Shown here: in pieces, positions 21,801 through 46,926 of the stretch
Layout: each line of letters opens with the position of its first letter
How positions within the stretch are numbered: the first letter of the stretch is position 1
Assembly (NCBI GenBank): GCA_030141605.1
Contig: JAQGDQ010000677.1
Coordinates: 45,652 to 109,651, forward strand
DNA: 64,000 nucleotides
Reading direction: 5' to 3'
Source: Tubiluchus corallicola
Lineage: Eukaryota > Animalia > Priapulida
Position numbers and translations under genes: made by a program
The notes under the pieces: model-generated
The model's database searches: none
What the model was told of the DNA's origin: nothing
What the model saw: the letters and a program-made list of their open reading frames with translations, nothing else

Positions 21801-23128
21801 ACTGTTCGCCAAAATATAGTGGTATTAACTGTCAGTCTATTGCTGGATGCTGGTCCAACCCTTGTCAAAATGATGCTACTTGTATCGATGGACTCGATAA
21901 CTACACATGCAACTGTTCGCCAAAATATAGTGGTATTAACTGTCAGTCTATTGCTGGATGCTGGTCCAACCCTTGTCAAAATGATGCTACTTGTATTGAT
22001 GGAGTCGATGATTATACATGCTATTGTACATCAAAATACAGTGGAATTAATTGTGAATTAATGGACGAATGCTGGTCCAATCCATGCCAGAATGATGCAA
22101 CATGCGTTGATGGAATGAATAATTATACTTGCAGTTGTATGCCAAAATACAGTGGAATTCATTGTCAGATAGAAAATTTGTGCTGGTCCGACCCTTGTCA
22201 AAATAATGCTGTCTGCATTAATGGGGTTAATAAGTACACATGCAAGTGTGCAGCATCGTACAATGGAACTAATTGTCACATATATGTCGGGTGCAGCTCG
22301 AATCCTTGTCAAAATGGCGGTTTATGTTCTGCTGGAAATAATTCCTATGAATGCACTTGTGAAGCAGGTTACTCAGGAGTGCACTGTGAGTATTATTCAG
22401 GATGCCAATCCATTCCTTGTCAAAATAATGGAACTTGTATTGATGCTGAGGACTTCTACATTTGTACATGTATGACCGGGTACACTGGACAAAACTGCGA
22501 ATCAATAGCTGATAACTATCGACTAATCGATGGTCGTTTATTGATCATTGACGCGTGTACTGACAAACCTTGCTTGAATGGTGCCTCGTGCATTCCTACA
22601 GCCAATTCCTATACTTGCACTTGTGCAGAAGGATACACAGGCCCAAACTGTGACTCACTGCTTAACAAATGTGCACTGAATCCCTGTCAGTACGCTGGAA
22701 CTTGCACAAAAAACGGAGATTCTTTCAGCTGTAAGTGTCTAGAGCAATTTTCTGGTGCCGACTGTTCTATTTTGACAAAGAGTGGAACTTGTAAAGAACC
22801 TAATATATTTAATGGTAAAACATGTCCAAACGTGCCATGTGAAAAAGACAACGATTGCTTGGGGACGAAAAAGTGCTGCAAATTTGATGCTTGTGGATTC
22901 GTCTGTTCTGATCCACTTCCACGAAGTTCTGTAAGAACTGGAGCTACAAAAACTAAACAAAGCAGTTTTGGTAATCTCCAAATTCTCATCGTTGCCACAT
23001 CGTTTGTTGGATTAATTGTGTTGTTAGCGGGCTCTGCTTTATTGTATAACAGAAGTAAAACTATCAGTGACCAAGATACAGAGGATGCTTCTACAGACGA
23101 ATCTTATAGCGATTTTTCTTACTTATAA
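18872..23128 (+). CDS. Fibropellin/Notch-like type I membrane protein: signal peptide, CUB-like domain, 29 EGF repeats (many Ca-binding type), WAP domain, TM helix, short acidic tail; single coding exon
   Basis: 1418-aa uninterrupted ORF. CUB-like LCVKFESDG...TGF; repeated NECWSNPCQNGATCVDG..YTC.C...YSG.NCE; WAP KSGTC...C...CEKDNDCLGTKKCCKFDACGFVCSDP; TM LQILIVATSFVGLIVLLAGSALLY. Confidence 0.93.
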   Translation: MLIWANCTMWKHGSVFPLLWSRFVLWMMWILVTNAIPSFWKVKFPTKIVTLYSDKHASGTMSVTASENMSIVSSPVFYDDAGTNLYPSEICITKDKDKHLVFEIRAIHLSCGEDFLIIGIGNSSKFSYKNEDGDELKLCEPLIASTVLAKNSQNKLCVKFESDGMRSNHTGFELLIHAVKLPTMCTQVTCENNYVCEHRGELFVNSYAYCPCNVFSGFYGLRCEEKRNPCFSIPCQNFGTCRETINGYGCECPWGYVGNDCSKRDFCFDVSCANGGTCIEIPDKKSYECNCLASWIGKHCELFDSCSSNPCENGAKCINGVNGYVCKCPPQYIGTNCEEVDECWSSPCQNRAICVDGNNEYTCQCEEKYTGVNCQTVNECWSNPCLNDGTCIDGSYEYTCRCAPSYSGINCELSNFKPCSSDPCQNGGICVDGLSNYVCMCTPSYTGTNCEVADVCFSGPCQNGATCFNEVNGYTCTCTPKYTGINCESVNECWTNPCQNGGTCVDGVNNYACKCSEKYSGIDCESINECWSNPCQNGATCVDGIDNYTCTCTAKYTGTNCQSEFAAGCSSNPCQNNATCIDGVNEYTCLCSQKYSGINCESVTECWSNPCQNGATCVDGVGEYNCTCSEKYSGINCESINECWSNPCRNGATCVDGFNNYTCKCTANYTGTNCQSEFATGCITNPCQNGATCIDGVNGYTCACAQQYTGTTCEVINECWSNPCQNGATCVDGASNYTCKCAATYSGANCEIGIWLRKKESLIRIKDNNECSLNPCENDATCIDEVNNYTCVCAQKYTGTKCESINECWSNPCQNGATCVDGANNYTCKCEAKYSGTNCELVNECWSNPCQNGATCLDGANNYACKCEAKYSGTNCELVNECWSNPCQNDATCLDGLNGYSCVCAQKYTGTTCEVINECWSNPCQNGATCLDGANSYTCKCAAKYSGTNCELVNECWSNPCQNNATCIDGLDNYTCNCSPKYSGINCQSIAGCWSNPCQNDATCIDGLDNYTCNCSPKYSGINCQSIAGCWSNPCQNDATCIDGVDDYTCYCTSKYSGINCELMDECWSNPCQNDATCVDGMNNYTCSCMPKYSGIHCQIENLCWSDPCQNNAVCINGVNKYTCKCAASYNGTNCHIYVGCSSNPCQNGGLCSAGNNSYECTCEAGYSGVHCEYYSGCQSIPCQNNGTCIDAEDFYICTCMTGYTGQNCESIADNYRLIDGRLLIIDACTDKPCLNGASCIPTANSYTCTCAEGYTGPNCDSLLNKCALNPCQYAGTCTKNGDSFSCKCLEQFSGADCSILTKSGTCKEPNIFNGKTCPNVPCEKDNDCLGTKKCCKFDACGFVCSDPLPRSSVRTGATKTKQSSFGNLQILIVATSFVGLIVLLAGSALLYNRSKTISDQDTEDASTDESYSDFSYL

Positions 23129-23179
23129 ACTGTGATGTTTCGCAAGTACATGGATCTTTTTGCTTCCATAAGTACACTT

Positions 23180-23830
23180 ATTTTTTTATTTTTTATTCAT
23201 TATTATTATCACATTCAGTACAATATATAAAGCACACAGTGACATCAAAATATTACATCTACTATATTAAATTGTTATGTTTCATAAACTATCGTTATCA
23301 TAAAATAATAATTGTACTGCAGTGGGCTAGAGAAGTAAAGGCTTGTATAAGCCCACTGTCATGTGAACCCGATAAAAAAATTGATGAGTGAACAAAAAAG
23401 AACTGGGAGAAAGGTTAGATCACACAGGAAGGGTAGAAGGATGTGTTAGTGGAAATGGTAGGAAGAAAGATAATAGATTGCGCTATGTTGACATCAGCTC
23501 TAAAGATTTATCAATGATGCCTTGTTTTGCATAATCTGTACCAGGATTGTGCTCCATATTGCTTAAATTCAAGTGCTCCATATTTTCTGTATAGGTAAGA
23601 AATTCATTTCAAAATTTTGCTCGAGCAGAAACAGTGCTGCCATTATACAAAGTACATGAAAAAGTCAGTTATGCGTACGTACATAAATGAATCAAAAATA
23701 AGACTGGGCATCTTAAGTGAGCAGCCATGTTGATATGTATGTTATTTTGGCATCGCAGAAACAAATTCGTTTGAAATGGGGTGACGTTTGTTTCAATGTT
23801 CAAAGTTTAATAACCATTCACAAGACGTTT
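23180..23830 (-). mobile_element. Decayed LINE (L2/CR1-like) 3' fragment
   Basis: A-rich tail on the minus strand and terminal stem-loop cagtgggct...agcccactg (23320-23358). Confidence 0.4.
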
Positions 23831-24381
23831 CACATTTTTTTTATTTTAGTTAGCTATGTGAAGCATTTGAGTCCTGTCTGCGTTTTATTTTACAGGTCTA
23901 CTCTACAATATTCCAGCGCCTAACGACCAGGTCCTACCCCATTTTGCCAAGCTTGTACAAGAACCTGTCAGAAATATGTTTTTATTATTAAAGTGGGGTT
24001 TACTCTGTCATACTGTACTATAGCATAGTAACGTATCAATGCGATGACAGATCTGACTTCTATTATTCTTTTCTTTAATTAAATTCATGTAAATTGATAA
24101 TCATTTAATGTATTTGCTCTAGTTACGTAACCACGAACCATAAATAAACAAAAATTCGTTCACGTTTTTCGTTGGTTACTCTTTCTGTGTTGATGGACTG
24201 CAATTTCTCTGTCAGTCATTCTATGTTTTCTAAGTTTTTGCTCAATTACAAAAAGTTGTTAAAGGTTATGTAGATCTGATCGTAACATTTATACGTTTTA
24301 GCTTAATCTATTAGTTGATCTCCTAATAATTAGGCTATAATAATGAATACTTAATTACAAGTACTAACATTTCATTTGGAG

Positions 24382-24885
<504 letters not shown>

Positions 24886-25367
24886 GTTTTCTTTTCTCAC
24901 CCTTTTCCCTAGTTACCGCGACATAAAAAACGTTTTAAGACATCAAAATTTAAAAAAAAAACTACAAGAAACATTACTAAACACATAATGGAAACACTTA
25001 TTTTAATTGAACATTACTGAAATCATTTTCGCTTCAAGCAAAATCACTACTACAAGTAACTACACTACTACATTGCTGGAAGAGGCTCTAGTTAATTTTT
25101 TTAAGAATACACTAATTTAAATGAAGGATTTGCACACCACAAATATGCAAGTACCAACGCTCATCTCAACACGCCACAAATGGTTTTGTTTCTCTGACTT
25201 TTCTTTTAAACACACCACAAGCACTTTGCACAAATTTCCTTTATTTAAAAATAATTATATAATTTACAAATAGCAGGAACCCTGTTGTCGAAAATCTTCC
25301 TAACCTCACAATATGTGGTTTTCTCAGGTCTGTGTAAATTAGTGATGATGATATTTCACAATTTGTG

Positions 25368-26461
25368 CACTGAAACATCCTATTGTTTTCATTGAATCAT
25401 TCTATTGTTTTCACTGAAACATCCTATTGTTTTCACTGAAACATCCTACTATTTTCACTGAAACATCCTATTATTTTCACTAAAACATCCTATTGTTTTC
25501 ACTGAAACATCCTATTGTTTTCACTGAAACATCCTATTGCTTTCACTGAAGCATCCTATTGTTTTTGTAGGAATCTTTATCGTGAGATTTTTACCTCACC
25601 CAAAACGGTTACGTTTTCATTGAATCATTCTATTGTGTTCACTGAAACATCCTATTGTTTTCACTGAAACATCCTATTGTTTTCACTGAAACATCCTATT
25701 GTTTTCACTGAAATATCCTCTTGTTTTCACTGAAACATCCTATTGTGTTCACTGAAACATCCTATTGTTTTCACTGAAACATCCTATTGTTTTCACTGAA
25801 ACATCCTATTGTTTTCATTGAAACATCTTATTGTTTTCACTGAAACACCCTGTTGTTTTCACTGAAACATCTTATTGTTTTCACTAAAACATCCTATTGT
25901 TTTCACTGAAACATCCTATTGTTTTCACTGAAACATCCTATTGTTTTCACTGAAACATCCTATTATTTTCACTGAAACATCCTATTGTTTTCACTAAAAC
26001 ATCCTATTGTTTTCACTGAAACATCCTATTGTTTTCACTGAAACATCCTATTGTTTTCACTGAAACATCCTATTATTTTCACTAAAACATCCTATTATTT
26101 TCACTGAAACATCCTATTATTTTCACTGAAACATCCTATTGTTTCCACTGAAACATCCTATTATTTTCACTGAAACATCCTATTATTTTCACTGAAACAT
26201 CCTACTATTTTCACTGAAACATCCTATTATTTTCACTGAAACACCCTATTGTTTTCACTGAAACATCCTATTATTTTCACTAAAACATCCTATTATTTTC
26301 ACTGAAACATCCTATTATTTTCACTGAAACATCCTATTATTTTCACTGAAACATCCTATTATTTTCACAGAAACATCCTATTGTTTTCACTGAAACATCC
26401 TATTGTTTTTGTAGGAATCTTTACGTGAGATTTTTACTTCACCCAAAACGGTTACGTTTTC
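25368..26461. repeat. 22-bp minisatellite (~45 copies) with a duplicated ~57-bp terminal segment
   Basis: Unit ttcactgaaacatcctattgtt; segment gtaggaatcttt...aaaacggttacgttttc at ~25561 and ~26405. Confidence 0.95.
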
Positions 26462-29400
26462 GTTGTCCTTTGTCTGTTTGATAGCAGGCACACAAAGCTA
26501 ATTAAATGTGTTCGAAGTTGTAAGTTTATTGTTGCATAGTTGCTGATTTAAGACACGTGTCGATACAGTACATACAAATACAATGCAAGCAGTACAAAGT
26601 GTTATAAGAACTTTCCACAAAAACAGCTTATATACATGATTAATAAATCTAAGCAAACTGTTTCCCAGTTTTAGTAATAAACTATCACCATTTGTCATTT
26701 ATGAGGTAGTTACATTTAAGAAAGCAATAGCATAATTATAACAATTTTACATATTATGTATATTTCAAAGAGTGGTATTTTCGACAAAACTTATGTACGG
26801 ATGGACACTGACCAGTCGACGCTGTTTAACATTTGGAGCCAAATGCCCATTTTGCCGCGTTCCTTATCCTAACTATAAACTCTTGCTGGACCCTCCCCAC
26901 CCCCTTCCCGCTTGACTTCGAAAGTTAAGTTGTCCACCCGAAAATTTGCAAGTTAATTTTGTTTTATAAAAGCTTTAGACATGCCTTAATTAGATACTTC
27001 TTAAACAGTTGTACACCAATTAAAACTTACAATGCAGTAATTAACTTTAAAACAATACAAGTTAGTACATAATCGCCATTATTCTACTGGACATTCTTTC
27101 AACGAACGTCAAAAGAATTTAGTCTTTGTCTTTTTACAAACAGGTACAGTACACTTTCAAAACAAAACAGCGCATGCGTAGAGATGAAATCATATGCAGT
27201 ACGCTATCGAGCAGTCATTCACGCAGTATTAATAAACGGACTGAAGTTTAGTTATGAAAGCCGTCTTGCACCGTCTGAAACTATATTATATATAAATATA
27301 CAAAAATATGACCAGATGTATAAGCTTACAATAATACTATTTACATCAGCTGTTTCATATCAATCGGCGGCAGTATTATTCATAAATAGGCCTATAACAT
27401 GGTGCATTTAGCCTATGCACAGTTGATATAATTAAGTCTGCGAGGCGTAATACAAAATTATTACAAATTTATTTTAGTCCTAGCCACAGTATGAGTTTCT
27501 GTTAATTTGCTTTACACAGTAGTGGTAGAATAACAACATTAAAAACATTATACATAAGTAAGAAATTTCAAATAGCTCAATGAAAACACTGAACACGTTT
27601 GTTCCTCGTTAATTAGTTATGCTAATTGGTGATTATAGATAATTAGTTGAAGTTTTAACTAACTACTGTTTCGTGTGTGACATGAAGTAAAGTTCTAAAA
27701 AATATATTAAAGACATTTTACGATCCGTAATTTACGTGTTTGGATCCCAGTAGGCTTAAACTTAGTGGAAAACCCAATGATTGTATAGACATTTGTTCAA
27801 AATAAAATATACTTTAAAATATTGAAAACTACGAGTCGCAGTCGACAAATGGGTGCGGTACCGCGATAAGCATGATCATGAACTGCAATGTTCGTTTCTG
27901 ACATCAGTACGACGTAAAGCTCATTTAGGTGACATCACATCAGGCGAATTTTAGTAATTTGCTTACGCAAACGTGTTTGACGCGCAGGGAAAATGCCTAC
28001 CCTTGTACAAACTGTGGTTAGTTTGTGAGGGTAAGCGATAGCCGTGTTCGGTTGCCGTTAATTAACTTTCCAAGGTAATTGTTCATAATTAGAAACAATT
28101 GCCAACTTTTATAGGCAAGAAAATGTAAATTTTGGACAGTAAATTAAAATGAGACTGAGTCTAAACAATCGCCCGGTCTTCCTTTAAATGTTTCATGGCA
28201 AAATCAATGAAAGATTTTATCTATGATTATAGGTGCATGCATGCATGGTTACCGAAATTAAGATATTGGATATATATTATTTTTCAATGCCTACTACGTT
28301 TACCATTGTGCTTTAAAATATTCGGAATTATCCCGTTGTAAACACGCGATTCCCAGACCAAACTGCATTAGGGATAGACGTTATTCTAACGCGTGGAAAA
28401 TGGGACATTTCATCGTTTTTGTTGATTTATTCTTAGACGTTTTAAGGCAGTTTATGGTCTGCTGGTTTTCTTAAGCAATAAATTTTGCTTTAGTTCGTTC
28501 ACTCAAAGAGTTGAGAAGCTTTGTGAAGTAAAAAATTCTTTCAAATAACACTTTAGCACCTTGCTGCGATGACGCACTGTAGCGTGCAATTTCCAAAAAA
28601 GCTAAATTCACCACGACAATCCAAACTCAATTTTCCAATGACAAGCCGTAATTGTAAAAGCTAATTTCCGTTCTTAGCCATGTTCAAATTTACACCAACT
28701 GTTGGCAGTTGAAGAACATAGAATTTATTTCATAGACGACGTGCATTCATGGAGAGCTGTTTTGTTCAACTGTCGTGCATTTGATAGAAAAAGATGACGT
28801 ATTTTGCTATAAATAATACATTTTTGAGAAATCGTGTGTAATGTCACCACGTGAAATGCCACGTAGACCAGCATTGTTGTTGACATCCAGAATAATAATA
28901 ATCGAAATAATCAAGTCTATACAAGAAAAAAGTTAATGGACATTTTAGCAAAGTTCCGGTCTTCAGACGGGAAAGTTATTTGATGAATATAATCCGTTAG
29001 TTTCTTACTGTTAGGCTATAAGATTCTTACTTTCTCTAGGCTAAGAGACAAGACGTGTGATCATTTTAAATGTTAGAATCAGTCTAGGATATAAACCTTC
29101 ATTATTATATATTAATTGAGCAAATTTCAGGTGTGTAGAATCACTTGCAATTAATAGAAATTTATACTGAAACCCGCATAAAGTGAATCACATTCAAGTA
29201 GCGCATATGGCAAGTGTACTGCGCATGCGCAAATTTGCGTGTGATTTCAGACTAAAATAGACGCATTAAAAATATACTGTATATCACAGCAAGTGAATGA
29301 AACAGTGCTCTTCGTGGAATTATAAATCCGCTGAAGTGAATAAGAGCATATTAACATGCAAGATTGTAATTTTTGCGATATTAAAAAGCGTGTTCTTGCT

Positions 29401-29785
29401 TTGCTTTAGTTTGCTGCAGTGTGTAGCAGAGTTAGAGGGTTGTATACAAACACGTACACGCCTCTTTCGAACTGTAGGCTTTGACGGTGCATCCAGCCAG
29501 TATTTCGTACGCAATGCGGCATGCTGCAACGACACCGCGGGCCCCCTTTTAAAAGGGAGTATTGCACCAAGTACCGTTAGTTTAAAAAACTGAAAAGTGT
29601 TGAACAAATTGAAATCTTTACTCCATGGCGGAGAAGCTAGAGACGGATAATCTCAAGTGATTTGTAGAACTTGCAATCAAAAATTATAGGAAGTTCTCTG
29701 CTGCCATCTATCAACGATAATGGTAATCTTATTAGCAGGACATGATAAAAAATTGATTCACTGCAGCCATTTATCAATGCAACGG

Positions 29786-42215
<12,430 letters not shown>

Positions 42216-42391
42216 CTGAAAATAAATTAGTTTGAATAAGAAAACCTGAAGCTTTTATAGGCTGATTATTTAACAGCTAACAGAATCTATTGTCAGGTTT
42301 TATCACATTTACAAGTGATGCTTCTGCAAACATTCACGTACCCTTTAATTATACGTTGATTAGAATAGAAGTGCTATTAGGGCATATATAT

Positions 42392-42513
42392 TTGATGATG
42401 ATGATGATGATGACGATTAGGAGGAGGAGGAGGATTGTGACGGCGACGCTGACGACGACGACGATGATGATGATGATAATGACGATGACGACGACGACGA
42501 CGACGACGACGAC

Positions 42514-42554
<41 letters not shown>

Positions 42555-42725
42555 CGACGATTACGGGAGGCGGAGAATTGCGACGGCGACGCTGACGACG
42601 ACGACGATGATGATGATAATAATAATGATGATGATGATGATGATGACGATGATAATGATAATGATGATGATGACGATTAGAAGGAGGAGGAGGATGGTGG
42701 CGGCGACGCTGACGATGATGATGAT
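42392..42725. repeat. (GAT/GAC/GAG)n compound microsatellite
   Basis: Direct reading. Confidence 0.92.
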
Positions 42726-43676
42726 AAAAAATTAAGATGATAATCACACAATACACGCTTATCACATTTTCATATGCCCTATACGTTACAACATAACTAT
42801 ATAATCGACACATGTTCTTCTCTTAATAACACGCTTGCACACGCAAAGCAGGCGCTATTAAAATTACAAAGTTCATATCTGAATGTTGATAAGTTCATAA
42901 ACCATCATTGTTGCCGTTTAATCCATAACGTACTGAACAATGTCAACGTTTTATAGTTTTATTACGTGGTTTATCTAAAGACAGCCCGCACCCAATTACA
43001 TCAAGCGCCTAAAGTTTGAATTTTTAACTCGGCTTCGCATTGCTCGAGTCACCTGCTGGGAGACACGAATGCGAATTTTGGGTTGACTGAAAACACCGCC
43101 GCCGCAGCAGCATAGGTGGAGCAGGTGTTACATAAAAAAGCACAGAGTCGAATGACAAAACTCAACTCTTTCACTACCCCCCCCCCCCCCGGGAGCTGCA
43201 CGACATCGAATGCATGATTATAAAATTACGAGCTCGCACCTGGTCTACGAAATTGGTTTTAAATCTTGTAAATAACATGGCAGCAAGCGTTATGGCGTAT
43301 AACAAGCACACAGTTCGTAAATCATTGTCTTGGGTCGTTGCTCGTGACACAGAAATTTTAATGGCAGGATTTTTCAAATTATCACAACTCCGCTAAATAA
43401 CTGTGTGCAAATTGCCCAATAAAGTAGTTTAACACGCATTCAGTAAAATCGTACGAAAAACTCAAGTCACTAAAATTTTCAACTCAATTATTCCAAATGA
43501 ATTGCGTTGCGTAATTTTCTACCGCGATGCTTAAATTAAGTATTTTATTATATCCTCATATTCGGTTTCAGTGCAGCAGTAGGTTTGACGCCATTTTAAC
43601 ACAAACGTAAATTCGATGCTGCAACTGGATGTTTTAACTTTTGAAATCAAAATCCAAATAAGGCAGAAGAAAATTG

Positions 43677-44260
43677 TGAACTATGAACTATGAACTATGA
43701 ATTTTATTTCACACATCAAAATACAATATTGTACACATAAATAAACAATAAATAAAATGATTTGAGTAGTGTGAGGTGAGTGTACGATCATACGGTCATT
43801 AACACACTCACCTTACTTAAATGAAAATGAAAAAATTATTAAAGTTATGCGTGCTTTTGTAGATGACTTAATGAAATTGATGTAATAAAGTAAATGATGT
43901 AATAATAGCAAGGAAACATAAGGAAAACATAATATGTAATTACGATTTTGATATAGGCTGCGATGAATGAATAATTTGATTTAAATAGATTTATACCTTT
44001 TACTAATAAATTAACAAAGATCGTAAAGATACCTATTAGTAAAAGAAAAACATTAGTGCAAAAAGACACACGTGCACAAAAGGAGAAAAAACCTCTGGTT
44101 TTCTACGCCAATGAATATTTACTAAGCAAAAATATCTTATATTGTTTGGTAGCTATTTGTAAAGGAGAGGAAATGATTGTATTGGGTACACTATTCAAGA
44201 GTATTCACAATTTATCCCTAAACTGTTAGAAAATGTTAGAGAAATAAAAAACAAAATGTC
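43677..44260 (-). mobile_element. L2-like LINE 3' end
   Basis: Stem-loop gtgaggtgagtgt...acactcaccttac; minus-strand aataaa followed by a (ttcatag)3 tail. Confidence 0.45.
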
Positions 44261-44640
44261 AACAAAATTGAAAGTGCCAGAAAGTTCTAATTAGAAAATA
44301 TATCAAACAGTTAGAAAGACAGTCAAAAACTTGAAAGGACAAGAAACTCTTCATAAATAAACCCTAAAAAATTGTTTTGGAATTTTGTATCACTTACATG
44401 CTGTCTTATTACATACAGGACTTGCGTATGCAGGAACGCTGTATAAAACTTAATAAAGCTGTATAAATTTAAACTCCCGCGGTAGGTCGTTTGAAACAAG
44501 TTTAGATAACATTGCGTAAAATTTGAAAAAATAATCAGAGCATTTGTAGCAGACACTTCATTAACTAAGCAAATTAATAATAATAATAATAAAATAAAAA
44601 TAAAACTTTAAATTGTCAGTAACATCGATAATATGTTTTT

Positions 44641-45066
44641 GCTGAATCAGTGGTGCACACTGGGATGGTGATGCAGTGCTGTTGGTGAATCAGTGGTGCA
44701 CACTGGGATGGTGATGCAGTTCTGTTGGTGAATCAGTGGTGCACACTGGTATGGTGATGCAGTGCTGTTGGTGAATCAGTAGTGCACACTGGGATGGCGA
44801 TGCAGTGCTGTTGGTGAATCAGTAGTGCACACTGGGATGGCGATGCAGTTCTGTTGGTGAATCAGTAGTGCACACTGGGATGGCGAGGCAGTTCTGTTGG
44901 TGAATCAGTAGTGCACACTGGTAATGGCGATGCAGTTCTGTTGGTGAATCAGTAGTGCACACTGGGATGGCGATGCAGTTCTGTTGGTGAATCAGTAGTG
45001 CACACTGGGATGACGAAGCAGTTCTGTTGGTGAATCAGTAGTGCACACTGGGATGGCGAGGCAGTG
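44641..45066. repeat. 43-bp minisatellite (~10 copies) inside a Kolobok-like element
   Basis: Unit gtgaatcagtagtgcacactgggatggcgatgcagttctgttg. Confidence 0.92.
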
Positions 45067-45558
45067 ACGTTTTAACGGGTGGCGCGAATATTTAAATTTT
45101 TCAGAATTTTCTTTTCTAATTGCATAAATTTTTTAAACAGGCAAGCGTAATCAACGCAACGCTGAGTAATATAAGTTTTGTATGGAAATTTCTTTCAGAG
45201 ATATTTCAAAATTGCCTTTTCTTGCACGTTAAAACACTTGTGTTCTTAGAACAGTCATTTAGGGCAGAATTAGGTGCAGAAACTCTCATACTATTATTAA
45301 ACTCGCATGTCATTTCTTGCATACAAATAATATAACATTCTCTAACGAAGTTTGAGATTGTATGCGAAATTGCAACGCAGCAACGTGCACTGCATATAGA
45401 CGTGCAATAGCTTGCAAAAAATAAATGGCGTAAGATGTGGACACCGGGATTTTTGGGATTACAAAAATGCTGACACTGGAAGTTCTCCGACGTAAACTTC
45501 TTCGCATGACACTGTATAAGTATACTGTGCTAGTAATCCAATGAACCAAATGCGTGTG

Positions 45559-46584
45559 TTAAAGGAAAGAACAAGTCACTCAGCATGTTGGATTTATTTT
45601 ATTGTTATCACTTAAACTGTTTGTGGTGTGCTAAAGGAAAGAAAAAGCCGCTTAGTATGTTAGATTTATATTACTGTTACCACTTAAACTGTTTATGGTG
45701 TGTTAAAGGAAAGAAAAAGCCACTAAGTATGTTAGATTTATATTACTGTTATCACTTAAACTGTTTATGGTGTGTTAAAGGAAAGAAAAAGCCACTAAGT
45801 ATGTTAGATTTATATTACTGTTATCACTTAAACTGTTTATGGTGTGTTAAAGGAAAGAAAAAGCCACTAAGTATGTTAGATTTATATTACTGTTATCACT
45901 TAAACTGTTTATGGTGTGTTAAAGGAAAGAAAAAGCCACTAAGTATGTTAGATTTATATTACTGTTATCACTTAAACTGTTTATGGTGTGTTAAAGGAAA
46001 GAAAAAGCCACTAAGTATGTTAGATTTATATTACTGTTATCACTTAAACTGTTTATGGTGTGTTAAAGGAAAGAAAAAGCTACTCAGTATGTTCGATTTA
46101 TTTTATTGTTATCACTTAAACTCAGAAAAATGTAACAAAAGATTTGCAAAGAAAGCATTTTTTAAGATATGCTACCTCTGAACAGAAATTTTCAGGCTTG
46201 GCGGTTGCTGTCAGTCACTTGAAAATCATGACGTCATGGGGAGACTTCGAGACTTTTCGTAAGTCTGTCATGGCTTTCCGTAAGTGCGCGCTGCTTAAAC
46301 CTATACAAATTCTGCAGCTTACCTAATGTTCTTGGAAAAATATTACGAAATTAACCATGTGATTTTTTTGTAAAAACTTATTATATTTTTGATGAAAGAC
46401 TTTCATCAAGACGAATGACGTCATGAGAAGAAGAATGGGCATTGGAAATAACAGCGACCAAGCATGAAGTGATTTTACTAATTACACGAGGCGCTTATTG
46501 CAGTTTTATTACTAAACCCTTCTAACATTTTTCGGGAACATTGAAATAAGTCTAACCTCCTAGAAGAGTTGACGTTTCCTTTAA
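45559..46584. mobile_element. TTAA-flanked DNA element whose left end is amplified as ~8 x 72-bp tandem repeats; related copy ~58676-59230
   Basis: ttaaaggaaag... / ...tttcctttaa ends; the 24-aa periodic pseudo-ORF reflects the 72-bp unit. Confidence 0.75.
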
Positions 46585-46827
46585 TCAACGCACAAAATAC
46601 CATAAGAGCGCGCTAAGTTTACTAGTCAGAAATGCGAAATATTTTAACAAAACCTTTCCTCGATTAACTACAGCACAGCCTCCGCAACAACCATCATTTT
46701 TCAAACTCCCATCTTTAACTCTGCCTCTCTGCCAGACATCCCTAGGCGCTGGCCTTGGAAAAACGGACAAAATGGGGTGTTTTGTGTAACTCTTCCATCC
46801 GCCGTCTGAGTTGCTCATCATTTTTAC

Positions 46828-46926
46828 CTGTGATATACCTGTCATTTTAGTCTGAGAGGCTGTGCCTGCGCACCTAATTAGAGACGCTCCAACTGAATTG
46901 ACTTCCCTAGTTTGGCCTGTAGGCAT
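46828..46926 (-). CDS. Candidate first coding exon of the PR-zinc-finger gene
   Basis: ATG at 46926, MPTGQTREV...GISQ|gtaaaa phase 0 fits the 42215 acceptor; TATAA near 47160; no recognisable motif. Confidence 0.3.

Noticed and set aside
19636-22998. Overlapping antisense and alternate-frame ORFs in the EGF gene (likewise within gag-pol)
   Set aside because: Shadows of the main repetitive reading frame.
18872-23128. Notch, Delta/Serrate or Crumbs orthologue
   Set aside because: No LNR/ankyrin, DSL or laminin-G domains and no ERLI tail.
43768-43817. miRNA-like hairpin
   Set aside because: Short stem with a large loop next to a polyA signal and repeat tail, better explained as a LINE 3' stem-loop.
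45585-46181. Cys/His-rich 24-aa repeat protein
   Set aside because: Translation of the 72-bp transposon-end tandem repeat.
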